This document shows positions 11,541 through 23,292 of a stretch of 64,000 bases of DNA, in pieces. Position numbers and translations under genes: made by a program. The notes below the pieces were generated by a model, which was given only the letters and a program-made list of their open reading frames with translations, was not told the DNA's origin and searched no databases. Source of the stretch: Takakia lepidozioides (Eukaryota; Plantae; Bryophyta); NCBI GenBank assembly GCA_030704615.1, contig CM060731.1, positions 69,316,001 to 69,380,000 on the forward strand, in the 5' to 3' direction. Each line of letters opens with the position of its first letter. The stretch's first letter is position 1.

Positions 11541-13808
11541 GTATGGTCCTCATCTGAATGTTCAAAACATAGAGCTTTCTGACAAGGCGTGCACATTTTC
11601 ACATATCATACTTCAGAGAGAGGGTGAGCTGAGCAGACCTATTCTCCGTGCCCATGTACACCGCATGCAGGAGTCGATGAGCAAATGCTTCAGCAGTTTT
11701 AGGTACTTCATCCTTCTGATAGTTACCAACACGATTGGCATCTGCAAGAACTTGCTTGTCGCCCTCCTTCTCCGCTGCATCAAAGTTCCAGAAAGACTTG
11801 TAAGACTTGCACTCTTAATGTAGTACTCAGGAGAACTTCATTTCCAACAGACCTAGAGTGTAAAGAGAGTGAAGAGAGTAAAGAGAGCGAAGAGAGTGAG
11901 AGTAAAGAGTAAGGAGTAAAGAGAGTAAAGATAACGAGCTGACACATACAGCCAACAATGGCAGCTACAGACGAGCTGTCAGCACCCCCGAAACTGGCAA
12001 CCTGTATCCCGTAGCCCCGCTGCGGCAGAGACAAACCGAGAGCCAGTAAGCCGGACCAAGAGCTATTTCCTCATGTGGATCATGGTAGCACTCTGCAATA
12101 TTCAGAATGCTCCATCAGAAGAAAAAAGCTACTACAGCTGCTCAAGGGAACAGAATGTACTTGAAAGGGGCTGGAGGTTCCTGTGGACATAGCCCTTTTG
12201 GATAGTGGCTAAGCAGTCCATCGTGCAGTGGAAGTTCAGAGTAGTCTGTTAAGCCTTACAGGCCTGGTAGTTCTTTGGAGATGCTACATCAGTAAAGAAA
12301 GAGCGCCTAATACAAGCATATGGATTCACCAAGGCCTGGAGCAAGTCACATGAGGAAGATTGGATTTGCAGATACATGCTGTGACCAATAGTATACTCTT
12401 CGTCATCCAGAAAAAAGATTGAGGGAGGAAATAAGAGTGCTTACGTATTCCAAAGGCCAGGTAGCCATCACCAAAAGGAACAGTTTCTTGTCCAGTGACT
12501 TTCTTGATGCTCTCTGGATCAGGTTGTTGCGTGTCTGGCGGAGATGTTTCCAGGCAGAAAAGTTCGCGGTAGTTTCCATCACTTTATACGCAAAAATAGG
12601 GTCCATTCAGGTCGCGCTCACATTTAGGTGTTTCTACCTTAGGTCAAGCTTGGGCCGTATGAGCAAGCTTTGGCCACTGGCAATTTGAACATTAGCCGCG
12701 AGCTCCACACTAAATAAACAGAATGAAATCATGCCGAAATTACACAAAATCTCAAAAAATCTCCCCGAAAATCTTGAAAATTTGCGCCTTAGATGCCAAA
12801 CACCTGCACAATGAGAAGGCTACCAAATAGAATGTAATGTGCACAAAAGGTACACGGCCTTCTTCTCACCCTGTTTTGGCACAATCTGTCACAAGCACAA
12901 AGCAGAAAAAGTGACAAACTCAACCAGCCCCTACTACCATTGCATCAAATCGATTGGTTTGGATCCAATTCAAGTGAAATCAAGAAACTTATCAAATTTG
13001 GAATGTCGAGTTCTGACTTTGTGCGTTCACATTCACTTGTTCTTTCTCAAACTGATCCTTGGAAGAATGATTGCTCTTGTAAATGGCACCTCTATGATAT
13101 TTTGCTTCCGAGCCTTCAGCTACTGGTATACTCATCAAATTCACAGAATTAAGCAGACACATGGTTTGGTCTCATTACTTATCGAAGTGGATGTTTTCAT
13201 CCGTAATAGCGCAGCAGCTGCATTGAAGTGTTGGTTCAGGAAGAGGGCTTTGCATGTTTTGTTGGTGCTTGGATTTGGAGTTGGCTAGCGTTTTGCCCGA
13301 CGACCCGTCAATCCATTCGCTTTGGTTCTCCTGGCCCCTGGGGTTCCTGGCACGAAGGTCAACCATGGAGCATTGAACAGCCCTGGGAAGACTCCGTTAT
13401 GATCCCTCACAGTGGTGGCAGAACCACGTTACACTGAGGCTTGTTTTGTCCTCTTATCAGATTGTTCAATACTTTTTCATCATGGGTTTTGTCTGTTAGG
13501 TCGTCGATTGGATCTATTATGGTGCTTTCAACTGTTTTTGACATGCTAGTGCCAATGGAGTTGCAAAAAAGAGACGAGGAGAACGTTTGGAAGGAATTTT
13601 TGGAAACCCTTAGTCAATGGCGGGAGTCATGGTCGAAAGGTGAATGCCTGCTATTTTACAATAGAAGCAGAAACGAGATGTCCAAAAAATTTCTCCCTCT
13701 TTGGAGATAATTTTGGAAGTTTTGTCAGCAATTCAGCACAGGAACCTATTATTGCTATCTAAATTTTGGGGTATCACTGCCAGCTACTAGCAGCTGGGGG
13801 GAGGATCG

Positions 13809-16800
13809 ATGCATTATTGTTATCGAGGAGGCAGGGATGGAGTTTGGGTGCCGATGCATGGAAGAGGGCCAGATTTCAAGAATAAAAGTAGTAACGTGGC
13901 TCTGTGGATCAACAAGAAACGTGCATGGGTAGATCAACTGGGAGCAGCAGCAGCACAGTTGATTGAATCAGGCGCTTCCTCCACAACCACGGCTTCTGAA
14001 CCAAGAGAGCGAGTGCACAAGGTCTCTTCTGGCATTTGTGGGGATGTGAGGGCACTGTGTGAGGCAGGACAACTGAAAGAGTCTATGCACATTTTGAGCC
14101 ATGGAGGCATTTTGGCGGACTCCGATACTTATGCCTATCTCTTGCAAAAGTGCATTAAGATGAAAGATCTAGCAGTTGGTAAGCAGGTGCACGCACACAT
14201 GATCCAGAGTCAATTTAAGCCAAACTTGTTTCTACAGAACACCCTTGTCAACATGTATGTCAAGTGCGGGAGCATGGTGGATGCACACCGACTGTTTGAG
14301 AAAATGCCTAAACGAAATATGTTTTCGTGGACTATAATGATTGCAGGATATACCAAGCTTGGGTATGGTCGGAATGCCTTTGAGACATATGAGCAAATGA
14401 TACAAGAAGGGGTGACACCGGACCAGGTCACATTCATTTGTGTTCTCAAGGCATGTGCCAGCCTTGCAGCCCTGGAAAAGGGCACAGCAGTCCATGCTGA
14501 CATCATGAAAGCCGGAATTGTACCAAATATGATTCTGGACACTGCCCTCGTGGACATGTATGCCAAATGCGGGAGCATCAAGGATGCAAAGGGAGTGTTC
14601 GATAGTATGGTTAAGCGAGATATTGTCTCATGGAGTTCCATGATTGCAGGATACACCCAGCATGGGAGTGGGATGGAGGCTTTGGAGACCTATGAGCAAA
14701 TGATGCGGAAAGGGGTAAAGCCTGACCAGGTCATATTCGTTTGTGTTTGCAATGCATGTGCGAGCTTGGCAGCCCTGGAAAAAGCTAAAGAGGTCCATGC
14801 TGCAATCATTGAAGCAGGAATAGTACCAAATATTGTTCTGAACAATACCCTCGTGGACATGTATGCCAAATGTGGGAGCATCGAGGATGCAAAGGGAGTT
14901 TTTGACAATATGGCTAAACGAGATGTGGTATCATGGAATGCGATGATTGCAGGGTATGCCCAGCATGGGTGTGGGATGGAGGCTTTGGAGTCCTTTGAGC
15001 AAATGATGCGTGAAGGGGTGGAGCCCAATCAGGTCACATTTGTTTGCATTTGCAATGCATGTGCCAGCCTGGCAGCCCTGGAAAAAGGCAAAGAGGTCCA
15101 TGCTGACATCATCGAAGCTGGAATTGTACCAAATATAATTCTGGACACTGCCCTGGTGGACATGTATGCCAAATGTGGTAGCATCAAGGATGCAAAGGGA
15201 GTATTTGACAAAATGGCTGAGCGAAATGTGGTGTCATGGACTGCCATGATCACAGGATATGCCCAACAAGGCTCTGTGATGGAGGCTTTGGAGACCTATG
15301 AGCAAATGATGTGGGAAGGGGTGAAGCCCAACCAAGTCACGTTTGTTTGCGTCTGCAATGCATGTGCCAGCCTGGCAGCCCTGGAAAAGGGGAAAGAGGT
15401 CCATGCTGACATCATGAAAGCTGGAATTGTACCAGATACCGTTCTGGACAATACCCTGGTAGATATGTATGCCAAATGCGGGAGCGTTGAGGATGCGAAG
15501 GTAGTGTTCAACAATATGGCTGAACGAGATGTGGTCTCATGGAATGCGATGATTGCAGGATATGCCCAGCATGGATATGGGAAGGAGGCTTTGGAGTCCT
15601 ATGAGCAAATGATGCAGGAAGGCATGAAGCCCAACCAGGTCACGTTCATTTGTGTTTGCAATGCATGTGCCAGCCTGGTAGCCCTGGAAAAGGGCAAAGA
15701 GGTCCATGCTGACATCGTGAAAGCTGGCATTATACCAAATATCATTCTGGACACTACCCTCCTACACATGTATGCCAAATGTGGGAGCATTGAGGATGCA
15801 AAGAGAGTCTTCAACAAGATGGCTGAACGAGATGTGATCTCATGGAATGCGATGATCTCAGGATATGCCCAGCATGGGTTTGGGATGGAGGCTTTAGAGA
15901 CCTACGAGCAAATGTTGTGCGAAGGGGTGAAGGCCAATCAGGTCACATTCATTTGTGTATGCAATGCATGTGCTAGCCTGGCAGCTGTAGAAAAGGGGAA
16001 AAAGGTTCATGCTGACATCATTAAAGCTGGAATTGTGCCAGATGTCATCCTGGACAGTACCCTTGTGGATATGTATGCTAAATGTGGGAGCATCAAGGAT
16101 GCAAAGGGAGTTTTTGACAAGATGGCTGAACGCAATGTGGTCTCATGGAATGCAATGATCGCAGGATATGCTCTGCATGGGTTTGAGATGGAGGCTTTGA
16201 AGTCCTATGAGCAAATGATGCAGGAAGGGGTGATTCCCAACCAGATTACATTCGTTTGTGTTTGCAATGCATGTGCCAGCCTGGCAGCCCTGGAAAAGGC
16301 CAAAGAGGTGCATGCAGACATCATGAAAGGTGGCATGGTACCAAATGTCATTCTGGGCACTACCCTCATGGACATGTATGCCAAATGCGGAAGCATTGAG
16401 GATGCGAAGGGAGTGTTTGACAAGATGGCTGAGCAAGATGTGTTCTCATGGAATGTGATGATTGCAGGGTACGCCCAGCATGGCTGTTCTAGGGAGGCCC
16501 TGCAGCTGTTTGAAGGAATGCAAAAGGAATGCTTGAAGCCAGACAGTATCACCCTCATGTGTGTTCTCTCTGCATGTAGCCATGTGGGCCTCGTGGATGA
16601 AGGCAGACACTACTTTGAATCCTTAAGCCAAGACCATGGCCTGACTCCTACAGTAGAGCACTTTGGCTGCATGGTGGACCTTCTTGGCCGTGCAGGGCTA
16701 TTGGATGAGGCAGAGGACTTCATTACCAGAATGCCAATCAAACCAGATGCTGAAGCTCTTGTATGGAAGGCCTTGCTTGGTGCCTGCAGAATTCATGGCA

Positions 16801-17369
16801 ATGTGGAAGTGGCAGAACGTGCAGCAAAATCTATTCTCAAATGGGATCTAAAGGATGCTGCAACTTATGTGTTGCTGTCAAACATCTATGCTGCAGCTGG
16901 CAGGTGGGATGAGACTGCAAAGGTGAGAAAAATGATGAGGGACAGAGGTGTCAGAAAGGAACCAGGTCGCTGCTGCATTGAGGTCGGTAATGGTGTGCAC
17001 ATGTTTGTGGTAGATGACAAATTGCATCCACAAATTGAGGAAATTCATGCTGAGCTGAGGAAATTGTCTGTGCTTATGAAGGAGGCAGGGTACGTGCCTG
17101 ACACACGCTTTGTATTGCATGATGTTGATGAGGAATCAAAGGAATTTTCTCTTTGCCACCACAGTGAGAAGCTGGCCATTGCTTTTGGGCTGATCAGCAC
17201 ACCCCCTGGGACGCCTCTCCGTATCATCAAGAACCTTCGAATATGTGGTGACTGCCACACAGCCACCAAGTTCATCTCAAAGATTGTGGGGCGAGCAATT
17301 GTTGTACGGGATGCCAACCGCTTTCACCACTTCCAAGATGGGCATTGTTCTTGTGGGGACTACTGGTGA
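13809..17369 (+). CDS. PLS-class pentatricopeptide repeat protein with E1/E2 and DYW deaminase domain (organellar C-to-U RNA editing factor)
   Basis: Uninterrupted 1186-aa ORF: L,S,(P-L-S)x7,P2-L2-S2,E1,E2, PG box (KEPGRCCIEV), HSEKLA, CGDCH, terminal CSCGDYW. True start codon and targeting peptide uncertain. Confidence 0.97.
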   Translation: MHYCYRGGRDGVWVPMHGRGPDFKNKSSNVALWINKKRAWVDQLGAAAAQLIESGASSTTTASEPRERVHKVSSGICGDVRALCEAGQLKESMHILSHGGILADSDTYAYLLQKCIKMKDLAVGKQVHAHMIQSQFKPNLFLQNTLVNMYVKCGSMVDAHRLFEKMPKRNMFSWTIMIAGYTKLGYGRNAFETYEQMIQEGVTPDQVTFICVLKACASLAALEKGTAVHADIMKAGIVPNMILDTALVDMYAKCGSIKDAKGVFDSMVKRDIVSWSSMIAGYTQHGSGMEALETYEQMMRKGVKPDQVIFVCVCNACASLAALEKAKEVHAAIIEAGIVPNIVLNNTLVDMYAKCGSIEDAKGVFDNMAKRDVVSWNAMIAGYAQHGCGMEALESFEQMMREGVEPNQVTFVCICNACASLAALEKGKEVHADIIEAGIVPNIILDTALVDMYAKCGSIKDAKGVFDKMAERNVVSWTAMITGYAQQGSVMEALETYEQMMWEGVKPNQVTFVCVCNACASLAALEKGKEVHADIMKAGIVPDTVLDNTLVDMYAKCGSVEDAKVVFNNMAERDVVSWNAMIAGYAQHGYGKEALESYEQMMQEGMKPNQVTFICVCNACASLVALEKGKEVHADIVKAGIIPNIILDTTLLHMYAKCGSIEDAKRVFNKMAERDVISWNAMISGYAQHGFGMEALETYEQMLCEGVKANQVTFICVCNACASLAAVEKGKKVHADIIKAGIVPDVILDSTLVDMYAKCGSIKDAKGVFDKMAERNVVSWNAMIAGYALHGFEMEALKSYEQMMQEGVIPNQITFVCVCNACASLAALEKAKEVHADIMKGGMVPNVILGTTLMDMYAKCGSIEDAKGVFDKMAEQDVFSWNVMIAGYAQHGCSREALQLFEGMQKECLKPDSITLMCVLSACSHVGLVDEGRHYFESLSQDHGLTPTVEHFGCMVDLLGRAGLLDEAEDFITRMPIKPDAEALVWKALLGACRIHGNVEVAERAAKSILKWDLKDAATYVLLSNIYAAAGRWDETAKVRKMMRDRGVRKEPGRCCIEVGNGVHMFVVDDKLHPQIEEIHAELRKLSVLMKEAGYVPDTRFVLHDVDEESKEFSLCHHSEKLAIAFGLISTPPGTPLRIIKNLRICGDCHTATKFISKIVGRAIVVRDANRFHHFQDGHCSCGDYW

Positions 17370-18069
17370 AATTAAGTTTTCCTTGTAAGGTTTGAGTAGC
17401 ATGCTTCATTTGTTAAGAGCATACAGCTTGTGGGTTCCTTCACCGTTCTCTCAAACTTTGGTTCTGACATACTGTTGAGCACATTTCTTCTGTGGCATAT
17501 CAACCCAGAACATTGCACTTAGCTCCAGCATAATAAGCGAAGGCAGTTACATGCATTAATGCTGATATACAAGGTGGGCTATGTAGGAACGAAATTGGGA
17601 GGCCTGCACTGCTGCATAAGCTACTAATTTGGTCAGAGATGAGATGGGTGGTTGTTGTTCAATTGCATGGTCATGCCTTGAAAGAGAACTATGACGGGTG
17701 CTCGCAAGTTTTCTGTGCAGGGGGCAATTTTTGAAGATCAGTTGCAACTGCTCGTGTTGGGTACTGTTTCCAGATTTCAACCAATGGTATTTCACGTCCA
17801 GGTTTTTGGAAATAGAGGTAGTTTGCCAACTTCCACGTGGCTTGTTCAAGCACTATACAGTTGATTTGCTTGCAAATCATGATTTCCAAGAACGGGTAAT
17901 GGCTGGAGTACAGGCTAGATTGACGTGCGATATGTCAAACAAAGGCAGGCTGCAGGGTGGACAATATTTGATCTATCACCACCGGAGAGTCGAGATCAGA
18001 GATGGTGCAAACATAACCCAATTGAAACTCAGTGCTCATTTCTGGCTTACAAACTTGCTTGATGGCGTG

Positions 18070-19020
18070 GGTTGCTGTCTGGTGATTTGCTCTAATTAAC
18101 AAATTTTATCTAGACTTAGCTCTCTGAACTTACCAAATGCACGACGTTGGGATTATGCTGAGCAAGAGATTCAGGAAGGTAGATACTTGACCAGGAGGTC
18201 AAGTGCATATGATCCAAACTCTTCTCATTGCCAACACAAGCCACTCTTGACATCCATAATGAGAGGGAAAGCAAGTAAAGGAGCAAGGTTTAGTTTGATT
18301 GTTGGACATTCCTCTGCTCAATTCCCTGAAGCTCAAGGTGATGGCCGTATCTCTTTTGGGGCTACGTACACGAAGAAAGACATCTGCGAAGATATGGGAG
18401 CACAATGCCTTAGGTTCTCCGCTGATTACTTCTGCTATGGAGATCGTGGCTATTGGGGTCCCATTGGAAAGTTTTGGACTGTGGGACATGGTCATTTGAT
18501 TTACTTGTGGAGTCTCTATCCCTGCCAAGGTAGGTATGGTGTTGGACCTGTCTAAAGAAACTAAGAAATAGCAGGGTCAGAAATATACCCTCTTTATAAA
18601 AAAAACTCCGCAAAGGGCATGATCTCTCAAATCAAGTTAGAATAAAACCTGACCAGTTTGGCTACTTCTTGAAGCACTGGGAGCAAGTCATTGAGCAGGG
18701 GCCAGGAATCACTGACCTGAGGCTGCAGGTCAAGCAGGTCACTCTCTTGATACCTTCCTGACTGAGTCTGTGATGTTTAACTGACTAATCGCAGTGAGGA
18801 AGGCTACAATTAGGACTGCATCACAGATTAGTTCCAACATTGGCTGGCACACCGATTGGGAGCAATCAGTTGATGTTGATGAGCTTCCCCATGCTATGCA
18901 CAGCAAAAACTGAGCTAGTTGTTTCCTTCTTACATTGCAGCAACTTTGCCTTTCTGTGATGGCATGCAGGCAGCTGTACACGATAGTGCTCAAAGTCTGG
19001 TGAGTGTGAGTGCTCAGTGG
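18070..19020 (+). repeat. Diverged block duplicated in inverted orientation at ~33850-35215
   Basis: GAGCAAGTCATTGAGCAGGGGCCAGGAATCACTGACCTGAGGCTGCAGGTCAAGCAG (~18680) is the reverse complement of ~34560-34617; both copies translate to GSPLITSAMEIVAI.VPLESF.LWDMV. Confidence 0.9.
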
Positions 19021-20623
19021 GCCTTACTGTTTCTTACAAGACATAAGTTTTTTTCCGTTTTATCCCTATAGTGACATGTCACATCAGGCCTGTCTTTGAA
19101 GAAATATGGGATAGGACTGAACACCGAACCCAAAGGCTGATAAAACCACAAGGGACCCACAGCATGCCAAACCACAGTAGATCACTCTCGATGATGGAGG
19201 CCGATTCCACATGGAACATCGTCTGTCAAGACGTACTCTGCTTGCAATGTGTTGATATGGACCACTTTTGGGTGGGAATCTTCAAAAGTTCAAGAGGTTT
19301 GCTTGGCCAGCAATTTGGATCAAAGATGTTTCTTAGTCATGCAAACAGGTACTATCTAAGTTCAACCAAAGCATGTTCTATAGGTTCAAATAGATCAAGG
19401 TCAAGAAGGATTTTTGGGTTTGTAGTGTTGATCAACATGATTATGCGGCATGTAGGGGCAAACAAATTAGCAACCATTATTACAAATCTACTGTGTCTCT
19501 GTACCGTGTACATGTGGGCATGTCTTCTATTCTGTTCAAATGCTAAGCATGCACTGAAATAAGGTATTTGTCACTTGCACTATAATGAGCTCCTTCAGCA
19601 TTCTTGCCTACTTGCAGAACTTGCTGTCTTGTAACCAAGCTTTTTCTTAATGGAGATCCTAAATGTGCTAATAGCTATGCAGCTACGGCCTTCCTTGGTG
19701 GCTAAGATTCCCCTTGCTTGGAGAAGCTTTCCAAATACACACTACATGTATACCTAGGCAGAATGTACACTACGGGTAACTCAAGCTCACACTACTTCAA
19801 CATTGGGTTGAAGTTATAACCCAAGCTCAAAAGGTGGCCAAGTTTCTCCATCCTCAATGTGCACTGCACATGCTGAATGTACACTTTAGCCCAAGTGATG
19901 TTTCATCACCTCATATGTAAACTGGGTATGAGTTCGACATGCACTTGGAGTAATACAATGTGCAACACACGAAATAAACATGCTTCCAGTAGGATTTTAT
20001 TGAACTACAACTTCTACCCTAATGATGTTCTAGCAGCAGTTTGATGAATCTCCACTTCGTGTGATGCCTTCATCTTTGCACTGGCATGCCTTCAAGGGTG
20101 TAGTTGTTTGTAGAATGCAAAAACTCTCCCAGTGCTGCCTATCACTTTTGTCAGCAACTGGACCAACTTCACCAGTTGCCATCTGGTGGAGTTGAATGGT
20201 ACCTCGCCCAACTTCCGACCTCACTAAGTTATCTGCGAAATGCGAAACCATGCTCATCATTCACTAAGTAGCCAGCTGTGCGATGCAAAAAACTTTCCAC
20301 CATTGCTGATTACTTCATTTTGCCTGACTAGTCGTTATGAATAAATTGCTGCCAAGCATCGCTGTCACTATGCAAAGAGCGTAAATCTCTGTAAACCTTT
20401 GCCAAATAGATCAGCTACCAAGTGGACTGTTAGATTTTAAAAACCCTCTCACTGTTGCGTATAAATTTTCCAACGACTTGCCTGACCTATAGGTTGACAT
20501 GCACAAAGCACTAAAAAAATGAGGCACACATACATATTGTACACTGGAGCTGGTAGCCTACTAATGCGGGGGAGAAGCCTGCACAACACAAACAATGAGT
20601 ACCAGCCTTAGTACTCACCACAA

Positions 20624-20708
20624 ATAGGGCCCACCCCTGAAAGGGGGCAGTAGCCACAAGGCGAAGTGGCTCTTAGTTACGCCAGTTTCGGCCGGCGTCT
20701 TCTCTCTC
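20624..20708 (+). mobile_element. 85-bp retroposon 3' fragment with (TC)n tail and 12-bp TSD
   Basis: TACTCACCACAA at 20612-20623 and 20709-20720. Insert has hairpins CCCCT-GAA-AGGGG and AGCCAC..GTGGCT and ends ..GGCGTCTTCTCTCTC. Confidence 0.7.
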
Positions 20709-21136
20709 TACTCACCACAACACCAACCCCATATTATCAATATCTGCACTTCAAACTCTTAGGATGCACCACAGATTTGGACTGTATATCCCTTTCGATG
20801 CCTGCATCAAATTATTGGATGTTCACCTGAGACCTTAACAAGGTGGGATAATCTCTGAATAGAATGGCCCCTCATCTATTTGTAACTTATTTTGACCCAA
20901 TACCTTAACAAGGTGGATCATCCCTGAACATGACGGTCCTTGTATGTACTTGTAGACAAGTAAATATAAACATACACAACAACTATCCTTTTGCAAAGCA
21001 CAGATACTTCAAAGTCTTGTTCTACTTAGAACCTTTTGACGATGGTGAGAAGGTGCAAGGTAGTGCTTAGAAGAACAAAGAGGTGAATGAGAAACCTTTT
21101 GATGATGGGCAGAAGGTACAAGGTAGTAACACTTGC

Positions 21137-23292
21137 TTAAAAGAACACAGGTGAATTAGGAAAACCAACCGGCAGTTGAGGAGCCTGGGTCCGCCGTCGT
21201 CCCATGGTGTTACTCCCACCTTGATGCAAGGGGGTGGGTTGCATACCTCCCATCTGGTCGCATAACTTGTCCCAACTGAAACCCTTGAGATCACAATGGA
21301 ACAATTCGGCGACAGCCCTGGGAATATCAGCGTCCTCAACAGAATCTATAGGTTTGCCAGTAACATCTGAAACAAGCTTTCTCACCAATGTATCAAGATT
21401 GCGTCGCCTTGTTTGATAAGCCCCTGATCGCTTCCCTAGCTTGTTGATGTGGAGGCGTGCCCTTTGTCGAGATTCTTTTATCTGTGCCACAGCAGGGTGT
21501 GTGCAAGAGTCCAAAGCCCGGGGTGTAGTGGCTGTGGTGGAAGGCGACAATATGGGAAAGCTTGATATTTCGGTAGCCTTCATGTCCTCCTCCATGTGCT
21601 CTGTCTCCCCTGTGCTTGCTGGTGCACTTGTCTCAACATGGCTAGTGTTGGAGCCAAGCTCAGTTGTATGTCCAGTAGGACTAGGTACTGGGTTTGGCAC
21701 AGTTCTCCTTGCTGAGAGTGTCTGATGTCCATTTACAGGAGTAGGCTGGGGCCGTGCTGATACTGGGGAAGGCTGGGTTGATGTTGTAGGATAAGGCCCA
21801 TGGTGAGCTATGGGTGAAGGGGCCGAGAAAGATATGGAATGGGGTGCACACCCAGCTCCAAGGACACCAGGGATACCACCAGCTACTACTGGGACACCAC
21901 AGTTTTGGCAAAAATTCGTGTATGAGGAAGGTAGTGGCTCTGAGAAGGAGGTGAACTCGGTTGGTGCTGGGCAATGTACTGATTCAGTCATTTTTTGACC
22001 TGGTTGAATGGGTGTGGACTTCCTAAAGCAAGACTCAATGGGGACCAAAGTAGGGCAGATATTCAGCTCCTTGTTGTTCTTCTTCTTGTCCTTCTTTTGC
22101 TTACCCTGACTTGTGCTCTTTGAAGATGGAGTAAAGAAAGTTAGCCTGATATCTGCATGTGGTTTCAGTGGCGCGGTGGATGCAAAGGACTCTGACACTA
22201 GCCTTGGTGGGTTGCTTTGGAATGTGAGCTGAGTTAGCAGTGCTCCACCTGAATCTGCTTCTTGATTTGTGGATGGTATTGACTTCGATGTATAAACCAA
22301 TTTTGGTATTGACTTTGACTTGGCTGCTACTTCACAAGTGGCAATAAAAGTAGGTTCAGGCAATGGGTGAGGAGAGGGTTCCAGGGATGCCACTACATCT
22401 GCATGTGGCTTCACTGGCATAGTGGATGCAAAGGCTTCACTCACTAGCCTAGGTGGGTTGCTATAAAATTTGAGCTGAGTTCGCATTGCCCCACTTGAAT
22501 CTGCTTCTTGCTTTATCCATGGTAGAGCCTTTGATGTAGACACCAATTTTGGTACTGCCTTCGGTTTGGCTGCTACTATACAAGTGGTAATAGGAGTAGG
22601 TTCAGGTATTGAGTGAGGGTCACATCTGCAAAGATATAGGTATCACATAAGTAGGCATATCAGTGCTCATGGGGAGGGCATCTTCATTTTGCAATATAAG
22701 CTTACATTGCATCAGGAAATGGGAGATATTCTAGACATCTGTTCTGTTGTCCAAGCTCTGTGGACTTTCTCAGCATAGCAATGGTACTCATCGATAGTTG
22801 TCTATAAGGGCTTTCCCATCATGCCATTGTCCCCCAAAAAGGCTTAGCCTACTGAAACAAGGCATTCGGTATCAACCCACCAAGGAGTCACCCACAAACG
22901 TATTGGCGATCAACCAGATTGGCGATACCCTTCGAGCTTGAAAAGTGTCCCATGATAGAAAGCAAGTTGTTTGAGGTGACGACAGAAAGAAGATCAAACC
23001 CGATTGAAAAAGCCCCATAAAGACGAACAGCAACTGCATACAAGAGCAGGGACGCCCCTCCCCCTCAAGATGAGAACTTGACCACCAAAACATTCTGAAG
23101 AAGAGGAAAATAGTACCTTGAGTCGATCTCGGCATGTTTTCCCTCCTTCTCACTCAAATCGATCACAAAATTATCTCCCTCCTTCTGAGTCAAATCAATC
23201 ACGGAGTCTCCTTCCTTGAGTCCATCATTGGTCGCGCTTGCATCTCTTCCATGTGTGACCTTCGGAGACCCCGCCACACTGCCTTCTTCCAT
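21137..23292 (-). CDS. Unassigned Pro/Ser/Thr-rich protein (probably multi-exon; large exon ~21137-22625)
   Basis: 469-aa open frame with an ~80-aa internal duplication (KLVxTSK..QEADSxGA..TQLxFxSNPPRLVSExFAST), a basic KKDKKK patch and a helical C-terminal segment. Likely upstream exon MEEGSVAGSP..IDS|GT at ~23292-23117. No family recognised. Confidence 0.5.

Larger units (their letters stand above)
9975..12600 (-). pseudogene. QNS1: Glutamine-dependent NAD(+) synthetase pseudogene (rearranged, partial)
   Basis: Exon remnants DGNYREL..QETVPFGDGY (~12450-12580), YHDPHEEIALGPA..GADSSSVAAIVGCMCQLV (~11935-12088), AVYMGTEN (~11640-11780), [54 protein letters not shown] (10122-10217), AEVAVKVKDFF; many frameshifts. 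Confidence 0.9.

Noticed and set aside
14210-17317. Repeated minus-strand ORFs (PHLAYMSTR..)
   Set aside because: Antisense shadows of the PPR repeats.
19071-19562. 163-aa ORF, possible PPR relic
   Set aside because: Only faint KAC/LINM hints; no full motif recoverable.
20630-20700. Hammerhead or HDV-like ribozyme
   Set aside because: No CUGAnGA/GAAA core or nested pseudoknot found by eye.
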